This document shows positions 1-9,900 of a DNA stretch of 54,855 bases, piece by piece. This stretch comes from a virus, in the IMG/VR virus record IMGVR_UViG_3300031280_000001, positions 1 through 54,855 of that record. One strand, given 5' to 3'. Under the pieces are notes generated by a model, which had not been told where the DNA came from, ran no database searches, and saw only the letters and a list, made by a program, of their open reading frames with translations. Each line of letters begins with the position of its first letter. Within the stretch, counting starts at the first letter, position 1. The position numbers were made by a program, and so were the translations under genes.

Positions 1-3000
1 CAACATCCATGGGAATTTCTTCACCACGTTCTCTATCCTTAGTGTACCGCTCGGCCCGATCTTCAATCTTTCTTATTTCCTCCCAAGCTTTGGCACGAAA
101 TTCCGGATTAGTTAATCCCTCTTCTACGATACCGCTAATAGTTTCAAATTTCTCAATACGCTGGTATCCGCTCAATGGATTGAAGTAACTCCGCTTAGCT
201 TTCTTTTTACCTGGGCCTTTACCAGTAAATTCAGTCATCGATTTGGGATTTACCTCTTTCTGAATACTAGCAATATACTTCTCGGCCTGCTGCCTACTTA
301 AACGATATTCAGCATCTTGAATCATCCGGGTTAAATCTTTCTTAATTGCTTCAACCTGGTTCCATCCATGCTTACCAATACTAATATTATTTATCTGACG
401 AAGTGTCCTGGTACGTACCGGTATCTTCAACCGATCAAACCGCGCTCTATTTTCCTTCAAGAAATCTTCCAGCTTCCCCCGGATCGCTTTATTTTCCTGC
501 TTAGTCATCATCCTTCCCTTACCTTCTGCCCTCTTTTGCTTTTGAGCCGGGGTATCTTCGTAGATTTTGAATTCATCTTCCCATCCTTTAACCAGGGATT
601 CACGCTCAGGCTTAGTAGCTTTTTCTACAGCAGCCCGCTCTATAGCCTTGGCTTCCATCTCTCGCTCTTTAGCTACATATGTAGTCTCACCAGTTTCCAT
701 ATTATATATGGCTTCCTGATTATACTTCTCACCAAGCTTCAGAGTTTCCTCTTTAGTCTTGGCAAAATTAACCAGGTCAATATAAGTCTGATCGGTTTTC
801 TCGTCGTACCAAGTTCCCACTCCGAGCTTTTCACCCTTCTCATATCTCTCCTGTAATTCAGCTTGATGTTTATCCTTGAACTCCTGAATACGCTCATCAG
901 TAATTTCCTTGCCTTTAATAATCTCTCCGGTTTCACCTATAACAAATGGAGTTTCGGTTTTAACCTTATCCATGTTAATAAATCCCGGCTTACCATCCTG
1001 CTTACCGCCATACATGAAAGTAGATCCACCAGTTTCAGCATGAAGCTGTGACTGAGTTCTCAATTCCTGCGGCCGGACCGGTGAAAGAATGTCCACACGT
1101 TTAGTTCCTCTCCAGTCTGATACTATACCTTCATATCCATCCAGATAAGCTTTCCTGCTAGCTTCCCGATATTCCCTAGCATAATTCCCGGTTTTGTCTG
1201 TTACATACCCTTTTGGATCTGCATTAAAATCATACAACTTATTTGCTGGGATCTTAACAGTATATGGTGTACGACCAGCTTTTGTTATATTCTTCTCTCC
1301 ATCTTCCGGATTAATATAAAACTCTACCTGGCCACGGCCTTCATTTGCTTTGACATCCTTAGCTCCAGCAGCCGTACCGTGCATTCCCGGCTCTAATTTT
1401 CCGCCCATAATTTCTTTGGGGCCCCAGTGATATAAAGTAACATCACCGGCTTCATCTATCTGAAGTTTGCTTTTAGTCTCCTCTGATAAAGTAGGCTTAG
1501 CTTCCGGTTTAATTTCAGCCTTCCGAATCTCAGCCTGATCGATTCTCCACTTTCGACGCTCATTCATTTTAATAGAGGCTGCAATATCAGCATCACCCAT
1601 GGAAGCGTATTTATCCTCCAAACTTATCTCTCCAACCTTTTTTCCTTTAGCTTTTTCAATAGCCTTACCAACTTCACTAAAGGAAGTTTCTTTAGTTGGA
1701 AACACTACGGACTCCATTATACCCTCTACTCGGCCTTCCGGCATATTTTCCAAAGCCTCAATAAAAGCTTCTTTGTTTCCAAATCCACGCCGGCCTATTC
1801 TATATCGAGAAATAGTAGGATCAGAAAATTTTCTTACCTCCTGCTCCTCTTCAGCAGCTGCCATTTCTTTATCAAACTTATCATGTAAAGCCTTACGCTC
1901 ATGCTCTGTAGCAAATTCAATAGTCTTACCTTCAGCTACTGATAATTCTGTATCAATTAACTTATATTTACCCTCTCCAATTTTCGTCAGACTACCAGAT
2001 ACTCTATCCATACCAAGTATATTGGCCTCAAATCCAGCATCAGTTACTTCACCAGGCTTAAGCTCTCCCCCCTCTTTTGTCTCTTCTAATCTTTTTTGTA
2101 CTTCAGGATCTTTTAACTGTGTTTCAATCTTGGCAGTTTTGGCCGGCTTAACTGGTTTAGCTGGGGCCTCAAGTGGAGCTTTCTCTTTACCCTCTAAAGT
2201 AATTGGTTTTGGCCGCTCCTTACCTTCAGGCGGATTCAAAGACTCATTCCATGTGGTATAGAATTTCCGCATTAATTTCTCCTGTTCAGCTGATCTATGT
2301 TCGGGCCGGGTTTCCCATGCATCCAGTACTTTATTAAGATCTATACCATTATCCATAGTACCATTAGATACAGCTTCTTTATCAGGTAATGATAACTTTT
2401 CGAATTCTCTGTGCTTACCTATGTCAACAGCCTCCTTATCCAGGAACCTGGCACTCTTTTCAGCTTCGCCTTTAGTAGTTGCCCTAACAGCATCTACCAA
2501 CATTTTACTGCCATCTTTGTCTACCTGGTAAGCTTTAATGCCGTAACCTTCCTCACTTTTAAATATCTCAACACTGTTTATTTCCGGCGTAATTTTAGCA
2601 AATTTACCAGTACGTTCGTACAATAATTTAGATTTTGTAATCCATGGAATATTCTCATCTGCCATTATATCAATAAATGTCTTATCATTCAATGTTTTCG
2701 AGAAAGGTCCTATTTCTCCCTCCGGTCTGTAACCTTCAACCATGTCCTTTTCCAATGGGGTGAATTCAGCATCGAATTCTTTTTTACGTTCGGGCTTATC
2801 AAATGCTTTTGACTGCTCAAAATATTTACTATATTTCTTAATGGTAGCTTCAGGGTGTTGAACATAACCAGCGCTTTTAGATCCGAGTACCATCTTTAAT
2901 GCATGCATCCAGTCAATACTACTCAAAGGCTTATCCTGCAAAAATGCATCACCGGCCCCAAATATACCTATTTCAGCTCCAAAAGCAATACCCTTTCCAC

Positions 3001-3937
3001 TCAGTTGACCAAATTTACCTAACCCTTTGGCCATAACAGATTCCAGATACTTACCACCTATTCCGACAGCCCCTAAAGCAACACCCATTTTCATTCCGAT
3101 CACGCCTTGTTTCCTTACATCACGCCATTCAACTTCCCTCATGGGAATATCCTCCTCATTCATTTGATTAAGTGTCTCTCCTACAACATTATATAATCCC
3201 AGAGCTCCCGCACTACCGCCCATCCCCTCTATGACTGGTGGAGCTTTAGCCGCTAGATTGAGTAATATTTTTGCATTCTTTGTAGCGGCTGCTGCGATCA
3301 TATCCTCAGCCAGAACACCTTTTACACCCATTTTCATCAATCCCTTACGGACCAAATTAAATCCGCCATAAGCCATACCTTTTCCTAAAGCAGTCCTTGT
3401 ACCAAGCATCATAGCGCCTTTACCTATAAGTCCTCCTGCCGCGAATAACGGACCATCAAAAAGAAATCCTAATGATATAGCGGCTACATCCTGTAAAAAA
3501 TTAGGGTCCATTTTATCCAGTTCCTCCTGATCATACATTGCCTCACCATTCAATATATCGTAAGCCAGACCCATCAAAGAGCCATTAAATCCAGCGCGAA
3601 ATACATATGTTTCTTCTAATTTACTCTGCGACGCTTCAGCCAAATCTGGACGAGTTGGATTAAACAAACCACCAGCTATTCCCATTGTACTGAATTCCTT
3701 TGTAGGTTCGCCACGTGCACCAAATAATTCTTCCCATGGACTTAGATCATCCTCCTGATCAACTTCTTCTTTTATACGCCGCCCGTCTGGAGACAGTTTA
3801 ATATCCTCCACACCCCCGCCAGAAAAACCGAAATCATCTTCCGGAACTATCTCTGCTTGAGGAGCTACTGCTGGTCCAAACCCAAAATCATCTTCGGGTA
3901 ATTGCGTATTCTGACTTTTGATATCGTCTTCTGGCAT
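1..3937 (-). CDS. Giant virion/ejection (polyvalent-type) protein, >1310 aa, runs off the left edge; absent from the ORF track
   Basis: Read by hand: ATG at 3937 (MPEDDIKSQNTQLPEDDFGFG...); the frame was checked at several points down to position 1 with no stop seen. Lies after two ejection-type genes. Contains an ART-like segment (TLYHWG...FY...YTVKIP...LYD...GYEGIV). Confidence 0.75.
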   Translation of the reverse strand, partial: MPEDDIKSQNTQLPEDDFGFGPAVAPQAEIVPEDDFGFSGGGVEDIKLSPDGRRIKEEVDQEDDLSPWEELFGARGEPTKEFSTMGIAGGLFNPTRPDLAEASQSKLEETYVFRAGFNGSLMGLAYDILNGEAMYDQEELDKMDPNFLQDVAAISLGFLFDGPLFAAGGLIGKGAMMLGTRTALGKGMAYGGFNLVRKGLMKMGVKGVLAEDMIAAAATKNAKILLNLAAKAPPVIEGMGGSAGALGLYNVVGETLNQMNEEDIPMREVEWRDVRKQGVIGMKMGVALGAVGIGGKYLESVMAKGLGKFGQLSGKGIAFGAEIGIFGAGDAFLQDKPLSSIDWMHALKMVLGSKSAGYVQHPEATIKKYSKYFEQSKAFDKPERKKEFDAEFTPLEKDMVEGYRPEGEIGPFSKTLNDKTFIDIMADENIPWITKSKLLYERTGKFAKITPEINSVEIFKSEEGYGIKAYQVDKDGSKMLVDAVRATTKGEAEKSARFLDKEAVDIGKHREFEKLSLPDKEAVSNGTMDNGIDLNKVLDAWETRPEHRSAEQEKLMRKFYTTWNESLNPPEGKERPKPITLEGKEKAPLEAPAKPVKPAKTAKIETQLKDPEVQKRLEETKEGGELKPGEVTDAGFEANILGMDRVSGSLTKIGEGKYKLIDTELSVAEGKTIEFATEHERKALHDKFDKEMAAAEEEQEVRKFSDPTISRYRIGRRGFGNKEAFIEALENMPEGRVEGIMESVVFPTKETSFSEVGKAIEKAKGKKVGEISLEDKYASMGDADIAASIKMNERRKWRIDQAEIRKAEIKPEAKPTLSEETKSKLQIDEAGDVTLYHWGPKEIMGGKLEPGMHGTAAGAKDVKANEGRGQVEFYINPEDGEKNITKAGRTPYTVKIPANKLYDFNADPKGYVTDKTGNYAREYREASRKAYLDGYEGIVSDWRGTKRVDILSPVRPQELRTQSQLHAETGGSTFMYGGKQDGKPGFINMDKVKTETPFVIGETGEIIKGKEITDERIQEFKDKHQAELQERYEKGEKLGVGTWYDEKTDQTYIDLVNFAKTKEETLKLGEKYNQEAIYNMETGETTYVAKEREMEAKAIERAAVEKATKPERESLVKGWEDEFKIYEDTPAQKQKRAEGKGRMMTKQENKAIRGKLEDFLKENRARFDRLKIPVRTRTLRQINNISIGKHGWNQVEAIKKDLTRMIQDAEYRLSRQQAEKYIASIQKEVNPKSMTEFTGKGPGKKKAKRSYFNPLSGYQRIEKFETISGIVEEGLTNPEFRAKAWEEIRKIEDRAERYTKDRERGEEIPMDV

Positions 3938-3945
3938 GATTATTC

Positions 3946-5799
3946 TTATTTAATTCGGAATTCTGTAGCAGTACCTTCGTTTAATCCCTTGAGTATATCT
4001 TCCCTTGTCCATTTACCCCCGGCAATAATTTTTTCATACGACACCCATTTTCCCGCTGCGTTTTTTAATTCAAGATCCTCTACTATGTAAGTACCAAGGC
4101 CAGTCTCCTTTTTCCTCTCAGCAAATCCTTCCCTGGCTCGTCTTTCTCGTTTACTTTTAGACCACGCTTTTTGATCCTCTGTAGCCTCTTCCATAGTTAT
4201 GAACTTATTACGTCCACCCTCTTTCCTTGGTTCTAATACTGGAGTTGGAGTCTGCTGTGCAGCATTTCTCACATCATTCCAAACAGCTTTACCATACTGG
4301 GTAGACATTTGACCCATTAAACGCTCTTCCGGTATCATCACTTCAGCGGCTCCACCAAGATCAATAACATCAATTGTTTTCTCTCCATCAGTGGGACCAA
4401 CTACATTAAAGAATAATTTCCCTTTCTTCAGACCTTCTTCCTTACCTGTGTCCGGATCTTTATAATCAATCATAGCTTGAATATCCAATGTACTGGATAC
4501 TTGTAACTTATCTGTAGGATCTTTATACATATTAGTAGGTCTGGCCTTCAACGGAGAATTAAAATACCCGCGTATAACATCGCCCTTCTGAGTTCGGATA
4601 CTAACTATATCATTAGGACTGATATCTATAGAAGTAGCTCTTTTACCTGCGTTAACTGCGGGGAGAGATATTTGATGAGTATCATATTGCCGTTGACCGT
4701 CATCGCTATATTTTGGTATCTTTGTTCCACTGTATCCACGATCAGCGTTTCCAAATAAACCAAATGATTGATTTATACTTCTCTGTCTTTCAGCCATCTC
4801 CCTACGGACGGCTGTAACAGTCTTATCCTCTGTCTGCTTGATACCAGCCCTAAACTGCTTACTAAATATAGCCTTCGCTTTTGGATCACTTTCCAAATAA
4901 GGATATGACTGTAGAGCATCTTCTACTAACATATCTTTTTCATCATCAGTGTAAAACCCTTCTTGCTGAACTCGCTCTAATACCTTATAAGCATCAGTTG
5001 ATAATTTAGCATTCTCTGTTATGGTAGTTGTTACCCTACTTTTAATCTGGCCTAGAGACGCTGTAACGGCGTCATTAATGCCGGTATAAGCTTGGAATTC
5101 ACCAACAAATTTATTTAATTCCTCAATACTTTTCGTTCCAAGATTATCGTGATTATGAATAAAAGCCGCAGCTTTTTGAACAGCGTCATCATTAACGTAA
5201 TTCTCTGCCGAATTAACGGCTTTGGCAAGTATATCCATAGCTTTGGGGGCCAATTGGTTATACATCCTGGCATATGTCTGATAACCTCTGATCATATTCT
5301 TAAACCCGGGATCATACTTGGTCAGCATTCTAGCCTTAGTATAATCGCCATCTAGTTCATGAGCCTTCTCATCCAGATAAGTATTAATGTTTGTTTGCAA
5401 TTTAGCATTAAATTCATCCTGGGCTAACGGATTTACCAACTCTATGTATGCATCAAGGGCCTCATTATTGGCCGGCCCAAACATCGCAAATTCTTTAACG
5501 GCTGCATCCTGCTCAGCTTTGCGTCTAGCTTCCAACATGCCAATAGGTATAAGACCCTGATTAGCAACGAATATAGGAATATTACCCAACGACTTACTTC
5601 CGAATGTGCCGGCCTGTAAAGGTCTATCTGCACTTGGAAAATAAGTACTTTTTGCTTGAGCGCCTGGCGAAGGGGCCTGAAAACTCCTTTGTAGTTTATC
5701 AATATAGGATGCATCAGACTTCGTTAATTCACTCCTGGACATACTATAATTACTTGTTCCACCTTCTTTTACTACGCTCGGATTTTTATTTTCTGACAT
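3946..5799 (-). CDS. Putative internal virion/ejection protein (617 aa)
   Basis: Long helical Ala/Gln/Lys-rich ORF; position between the pilot-like gene and the giant protein. Confidence 0.5.
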   Translation of the reverse strand: MSENKNPSVVKEGGTSNYSMSRSELTKSDASYIDKLQRSFQAPSPGAQAKSTYFPSADRPLQAGTFGSKSLGNIPIFVANQGLIPIGMLEARRKAEQDAAVKEFAMFGPANNEALDAYIELVNPLAQDEFNAKLQTNINTYLDEKAHELDGDYTKARMLTKYDPGFKNMIRGYQTYARMYNQLAPKAMDILAKAVNSAENYVNDDAVQKAAAFIHNHDNLGTKSIEELNKFVGEFQAYTGINDAVTASLGQIKSRVTTTITENAKLSTDAYKVLERVQQEGFYTDDEKDMLVEDALQSYPYLESDPKAKAIFSKQFRAGIKQTEDKTVTAVRREMAERQRSINQSFGLFGNADRGYSGTKIPKYSDDGQRQYDTHQISLPAVNAGKRATSIDISPNDIVSIRTQKGDVIRGYFNSPLKARPTNMYKDPTDKLQVSSTLDIQAMIDYKDPDTGKEEGLKKGKLFFNVVGPTDGEKTIDVIDLGGAAEVMIPEERLMGQMSTQYGKAVWNDVRNAAQQTPTPVLEPRKEGGRNKFITMEEATEDQKAWSKSKRERRAREGFAERKKETGLGTYIVEDLELKNAAGKWVSYEKIIAGGKWTREDILKGLNEGTATEFRIK

Positions 5800-5816
5800 G
5801 ATTTTAAATTTTTATC

Positions 5817-6572
5817 CTACATTGGAGTAGTAGAAGTGATTCCTCCACCGCCGCCTCCAAACATAGGTGCTACATTCTGTACGAGACCAGGCAGCTCGCT
5901 TAGAGCCTGCATATTCATCATATTCCTATTCTGGAACATAGCCGAAGCAAATTGAGCATAATCGGCTTTGGATTGAATGGCTTCCCATAAATCTACATCA
6001 AGCGCCCGTTGCGATTCTACTGAGCCTTTTTGGTATAATGCTCTCATCACATTCATAAGTTGCTGGTTGTATTCAGTTCTCTGCGATCCAGTCATTCCGA
6101 GTAGCTTGTTAATATTCTCTCCCATTTGTATACCAGACTGTTTCATGAATGACATGGCCATCGCTGGACTGCTATACTTCATTCCAACAGTGGCTTGTTG
6201 AGCACTGGTCCTCTCCAGCAAATCCTTGGCCGTCTGGAATTCGGGAGTCATTCCTGTCTCCACCATCCTTTTCTCTCGTCTGAGCTCTCTTCCAAAATCT
6301 GCAAAACCTGGATCTGGTATTGGGGTTAAAGCAGTTTCTCTGGCTTGAGCAAAAGAGGACTCTGAGGATTTAAGATCTTCATAAGCAGATTTAGCTTTTC
6401 CTCTTCCGCCGAAAAATCCTACAATGGCCCCAATTCCGGCGCCTATACCGGTACCTAAACCGATACCTATAGGACCACCAAGTGAGCCTATAGTGGCTCC
6501 AGTGGCGGCTCCTGATACGGCCCCAGCGCCGGCTCCCTTCCAACTTTCATGAGCAATGTTAATGTCTGGCAT
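5817..6572 (-). CDS. Putative DNA pilot/ejection protein
   Basis: Gly/Ala-rich hydrophobic N-terminus (GAGAGAVSGAATGATIGSLGGPIG) followed by a helical Met/Gln-rich body, typical of podoviral ejection proteins. Confidence 0.55.
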   Translation of the reverse strand: MPDINIAHESWKGAGAGAVSGAATGATIGSLGGPIGIGLGTGIGAGIGAIVGFFGGRGKAKSAYEDLKSSESSFAQARETALTPIPDPGFADFGRELRREKRMVETGMTPEFQTAKDLLERTSAQQATVGMKYSSPAMAMSFMKQSGIQMGENINKLLGMTGSQRTEYNQQLMNVMRALYQKGSVESQRALDVDLWEAIQSKADYAQFASAMFQNRNMMNMQALSELPGLVQNVAPMFGGGGGGITSTTPM

Positions 6573-6581
6573 GGCTTTAGT

Positions 6582-6887
6582 TTAATATTCTCTTGAGTCC
6601 ACTCTTATTACCCGACTAAGTCGGTCAGCAACTCTAAATTTAAGCTGCTTATGGGCAGGGATGGTATCACCAGTCATGTTTGACGGACGCGCACCCTTCT
6701 GCGCAAAACAAAAGCGCCCCAAGGTTTTTAATTCTACTTCATCTTCATTCAGCAAGTGTTCCTTAACTATCGCAAGCAACGAATCAAACATAAAGTCACA
6801 TTGGACCTTTGTAATCGTCGTATACTCAGACAGTTCGTTAACTAGCTGCAATTTTGTAATCTTTGTTGTTTTCCTAGTTTTCATCAC
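6582..6887 (-). CDS. HU/IHF-family DNA-binding protein
   Basis: TKLQLVNELSE...EVELKTLGRF...ARPSNMTGDTIPAHKQLKFR matches the HU/IHF pattern; IHF-like genes occur in crAss-like tail modules. Confidence 0.85.
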   Translation of the reverse strand: MMKTRKTTKITKLQLVNELSEYTTITKVQCDFMFDSLLAIVKEHLLNEDEVELKTLGRFCFAQKGARPSNMTGDTIPAHKQLKFRVADRLSRVIRVDSREY

Positions 6888-6936
6888 GTTTTACTTTATC
6901 TAACACATCAATATGCAATATACAATTAATTTACCA

Positions 6937-9900
6937 TTACTCAATAATATTATTAAAGCCTACACGGATCGCCTTCACTTCGTATGCGGTAGTTAAGGAA
7001 CCATCAAATGTAATCCTAATGGTAAGGTATGGTCCCTGCATTGCTTTAGTATCTTTAGCTCCTGAATCCCTGCGTCCTATATAAGAGTACAAACCCGGAT
7101 TCAGATCCCTTACTACAGGCGGCGTATCTGTATTAGGAGATGATGCACCTGTATCAAATATCATTTCTTTTGGAGTCGCATTTGCATGCAATAAATAATC
7201 AATAAATTCCCAGGATGTATGTAAATCCGGATTAATTACGATATCAATATATGGGTCCATGTTTTCTTCTGAATCACTTAACAGAGTGTATGTACCGTTC
7301 TCAACTGAGTACAGTCTATCAGCCCTGGCTCCAAGAAGATATGGCCATTCATTATATGTAGCCGATTCTTTATTCTTAAATATCATCCTATCATAATCAT
7401 GGGGAAGTTCATGAGTCCAGTTATTCAAAAAGAAATTGAACACATACATATTGCCGGCCATCTCTACCCACAATTCATTTTCCCTTTCATTAAATACTGT
7501 TAATAATGTCGGATAATTTGTACCGTGCGGTAAACCTTTACATACAGCATATAATCTATCTCTCCAATTTGCTATGATATTCCTAACATCATTATTAAAG
7601 AATAGCATAACACCTTTATTATTGACCCATGATAATGCCTGCACAAATTGACCATCCGCCGTCTCCATTACCCCCTCAGATTTACTTCTGGATAACTGAC
7701 TTGGACATCCTACTGCAGTGTTTAACCAGATTTCATCCTGAATAAACTTACCTTCCAAATCTATGAGACCTACCTGCTCCCCAACCGCACCGCGCATGAC
7801 AGTTTTATTAGTAAGAACTAATGCAAGGCCACTCTCTGTAACTGCATATAAATTCCTTCCCTGACCACTCACGGCATCATATAAAATAGTGATCTGTCCA
7901 CGATCCGCTCGCTTTAAATCATAATAATTAATCGGAAGAAATGTTCTCAGGGACGGAGAATTCTGTATCGCCGGATTCTTATCCAGAGAAAAGGCTAGAC
8001 GCTGCCAAAACTTAACCCGCTCTGCATATCCAGCTAAGGGCTTATTAACGGCCCTAGCGGACACATCTTTGGTATAGTCATAGTTGAGCATCTGTGGCGT
8101 TACAAACCCACCACGCTCCCATAACAGGTACTCATCGCCAAATTTATCATAGTAATCACTGTAGACAGCAGCACGAAGATAATAATCCTTTGGTTCCTCA
8201 TCGGTATTTCTAGCTGGGTAACTAGTAGGCCGCTGCACATAATTACGTCTCGGATAAGTATCACCATACGCTAAAATAGTATTTGATTTGCTTTCGCAGA
8301 TAAAACCGAATACCCATTGACGAATATTATCTACAGTAATATTATAATCATCTGGTATTATATCAGAAACAGGTGTTCTTTCATTATCGTACATTGATCT
8401 GGCTTGTACACCCCCGCCCGAAACTGGAGCCTCTTTAGCATGACGCGGAATAAAAACAGCATTATTTACTCCGGATATTCTATAGGTATACCCAGGCATG
8501 GGCCCATTTATCTGTAATTGTTCAGTTGGAGCGTCAGCTTGTATTGAATCAGTAATTTGACCCATACTTTTAGCGCCATTAACTTTATTATCTACAACAG
8601 CATTAAACACTTCACCAACAAATGAATCACCTCCAAATACTATGATTGGACTATTATTATTATACACAACTTTTATCTCATCACCTTCAGGAGGATAGAA
8701 ATTTAAAGTGGCTACAACATCAAATTTAATGGTAACAGGATTCTTCGGATCAACTGTAAAGATAGTGGCCTGCCCATTATTAATCCATGAGGCTGTAATG
8801 GTATACATGCCGTAATAATTCTTACCGTACAGTGTAAAATACCCAGTCCCAAGACCTCCGCCGCTATTAATAGCTGCGCCCCAAGTTGTTATACTACCAC
8901 TAGCTTCAAGTGTTACATCCATCCACCGTTGCCCATTAACCATGATGTATCTCACATCAGCATCAGCAGCGGCTATCTTAGCGGCATGTACATCTTCCGG
9001 ACGCTCATCTACAAGAGCATAAGTTTGACCAGATCCGCCGATTGCGGTTCCTATAATACTCTCAAGTTTCTGATATACGCCGGTATCTTGGTAGCTTTGC
9101 GTATTGGTAGTAAGGATATTAGCATTATTATGTACTATGTTGACTATATAAACAGGCTCATGAAATACTCTGTTAACGTTATCATTTCCTGTAGATTTTG
9201 TCATAGTATCTAATTGTGCGTAAACGGCTGCATCCACCGTTAACTCCAACATATGACTACGACCATCTGAATTACCATATTGCCCACCATCGATTTTTTC
9301 GACGCTGCTGATATCAAACAAATAATCAGGAGATCTGGATGTTATTCCTGCTCCCATATTAGATCCGGCTAATCCCAAGTAGTTCCGCCATCTGCCGAAT
9401 GTCACATGACCAGATCCACGGCCTATTTTAGCCAGCGGGTCCAGGCCATTATAAATATAATTCTCATAAGCAATATTAGCATAGGATAATAAATCCACAC
9501 TGTAACAATTCGGCGCCTCATAAGAACCAGAGAAAGCAGAAGAGTTAAACCCAAGTACGCTAACTAATTGTAACTGATAATCATCTGGATTATTAATGAT
9601 ATCGTCATACAGATAAGCTTTATTACCATAAAATGGATCAATATCAGGGGAATAAAAAGTCAATTTAGATCCCTCTTTTTCAGCCGGGCTTTGACTCCCC
9701 TGTTGAGCAAAAACATAAGTCGCAAGACCTTGCGCCAATACGCGATTAGCCGGCGGGGTGCGTACAATCTTAAAACCCCTTACCCAAGATGGAAGTAGAT
9801 TTGTATTAATACCCGTAAAAGCCCAACCAAGGGACCAAATATGATTATTTAAAGATTGATGAAAATTATAAGTGTGATCATCCATCTGATCACATGGCAT

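Noticed and set aside
368-2626. Plus-strand ORFs of 60-220 aa
   Set aside because: Antisense shadows of the giant minus-strand gene; the same applies to most short opposite-strand ORFs in the track.
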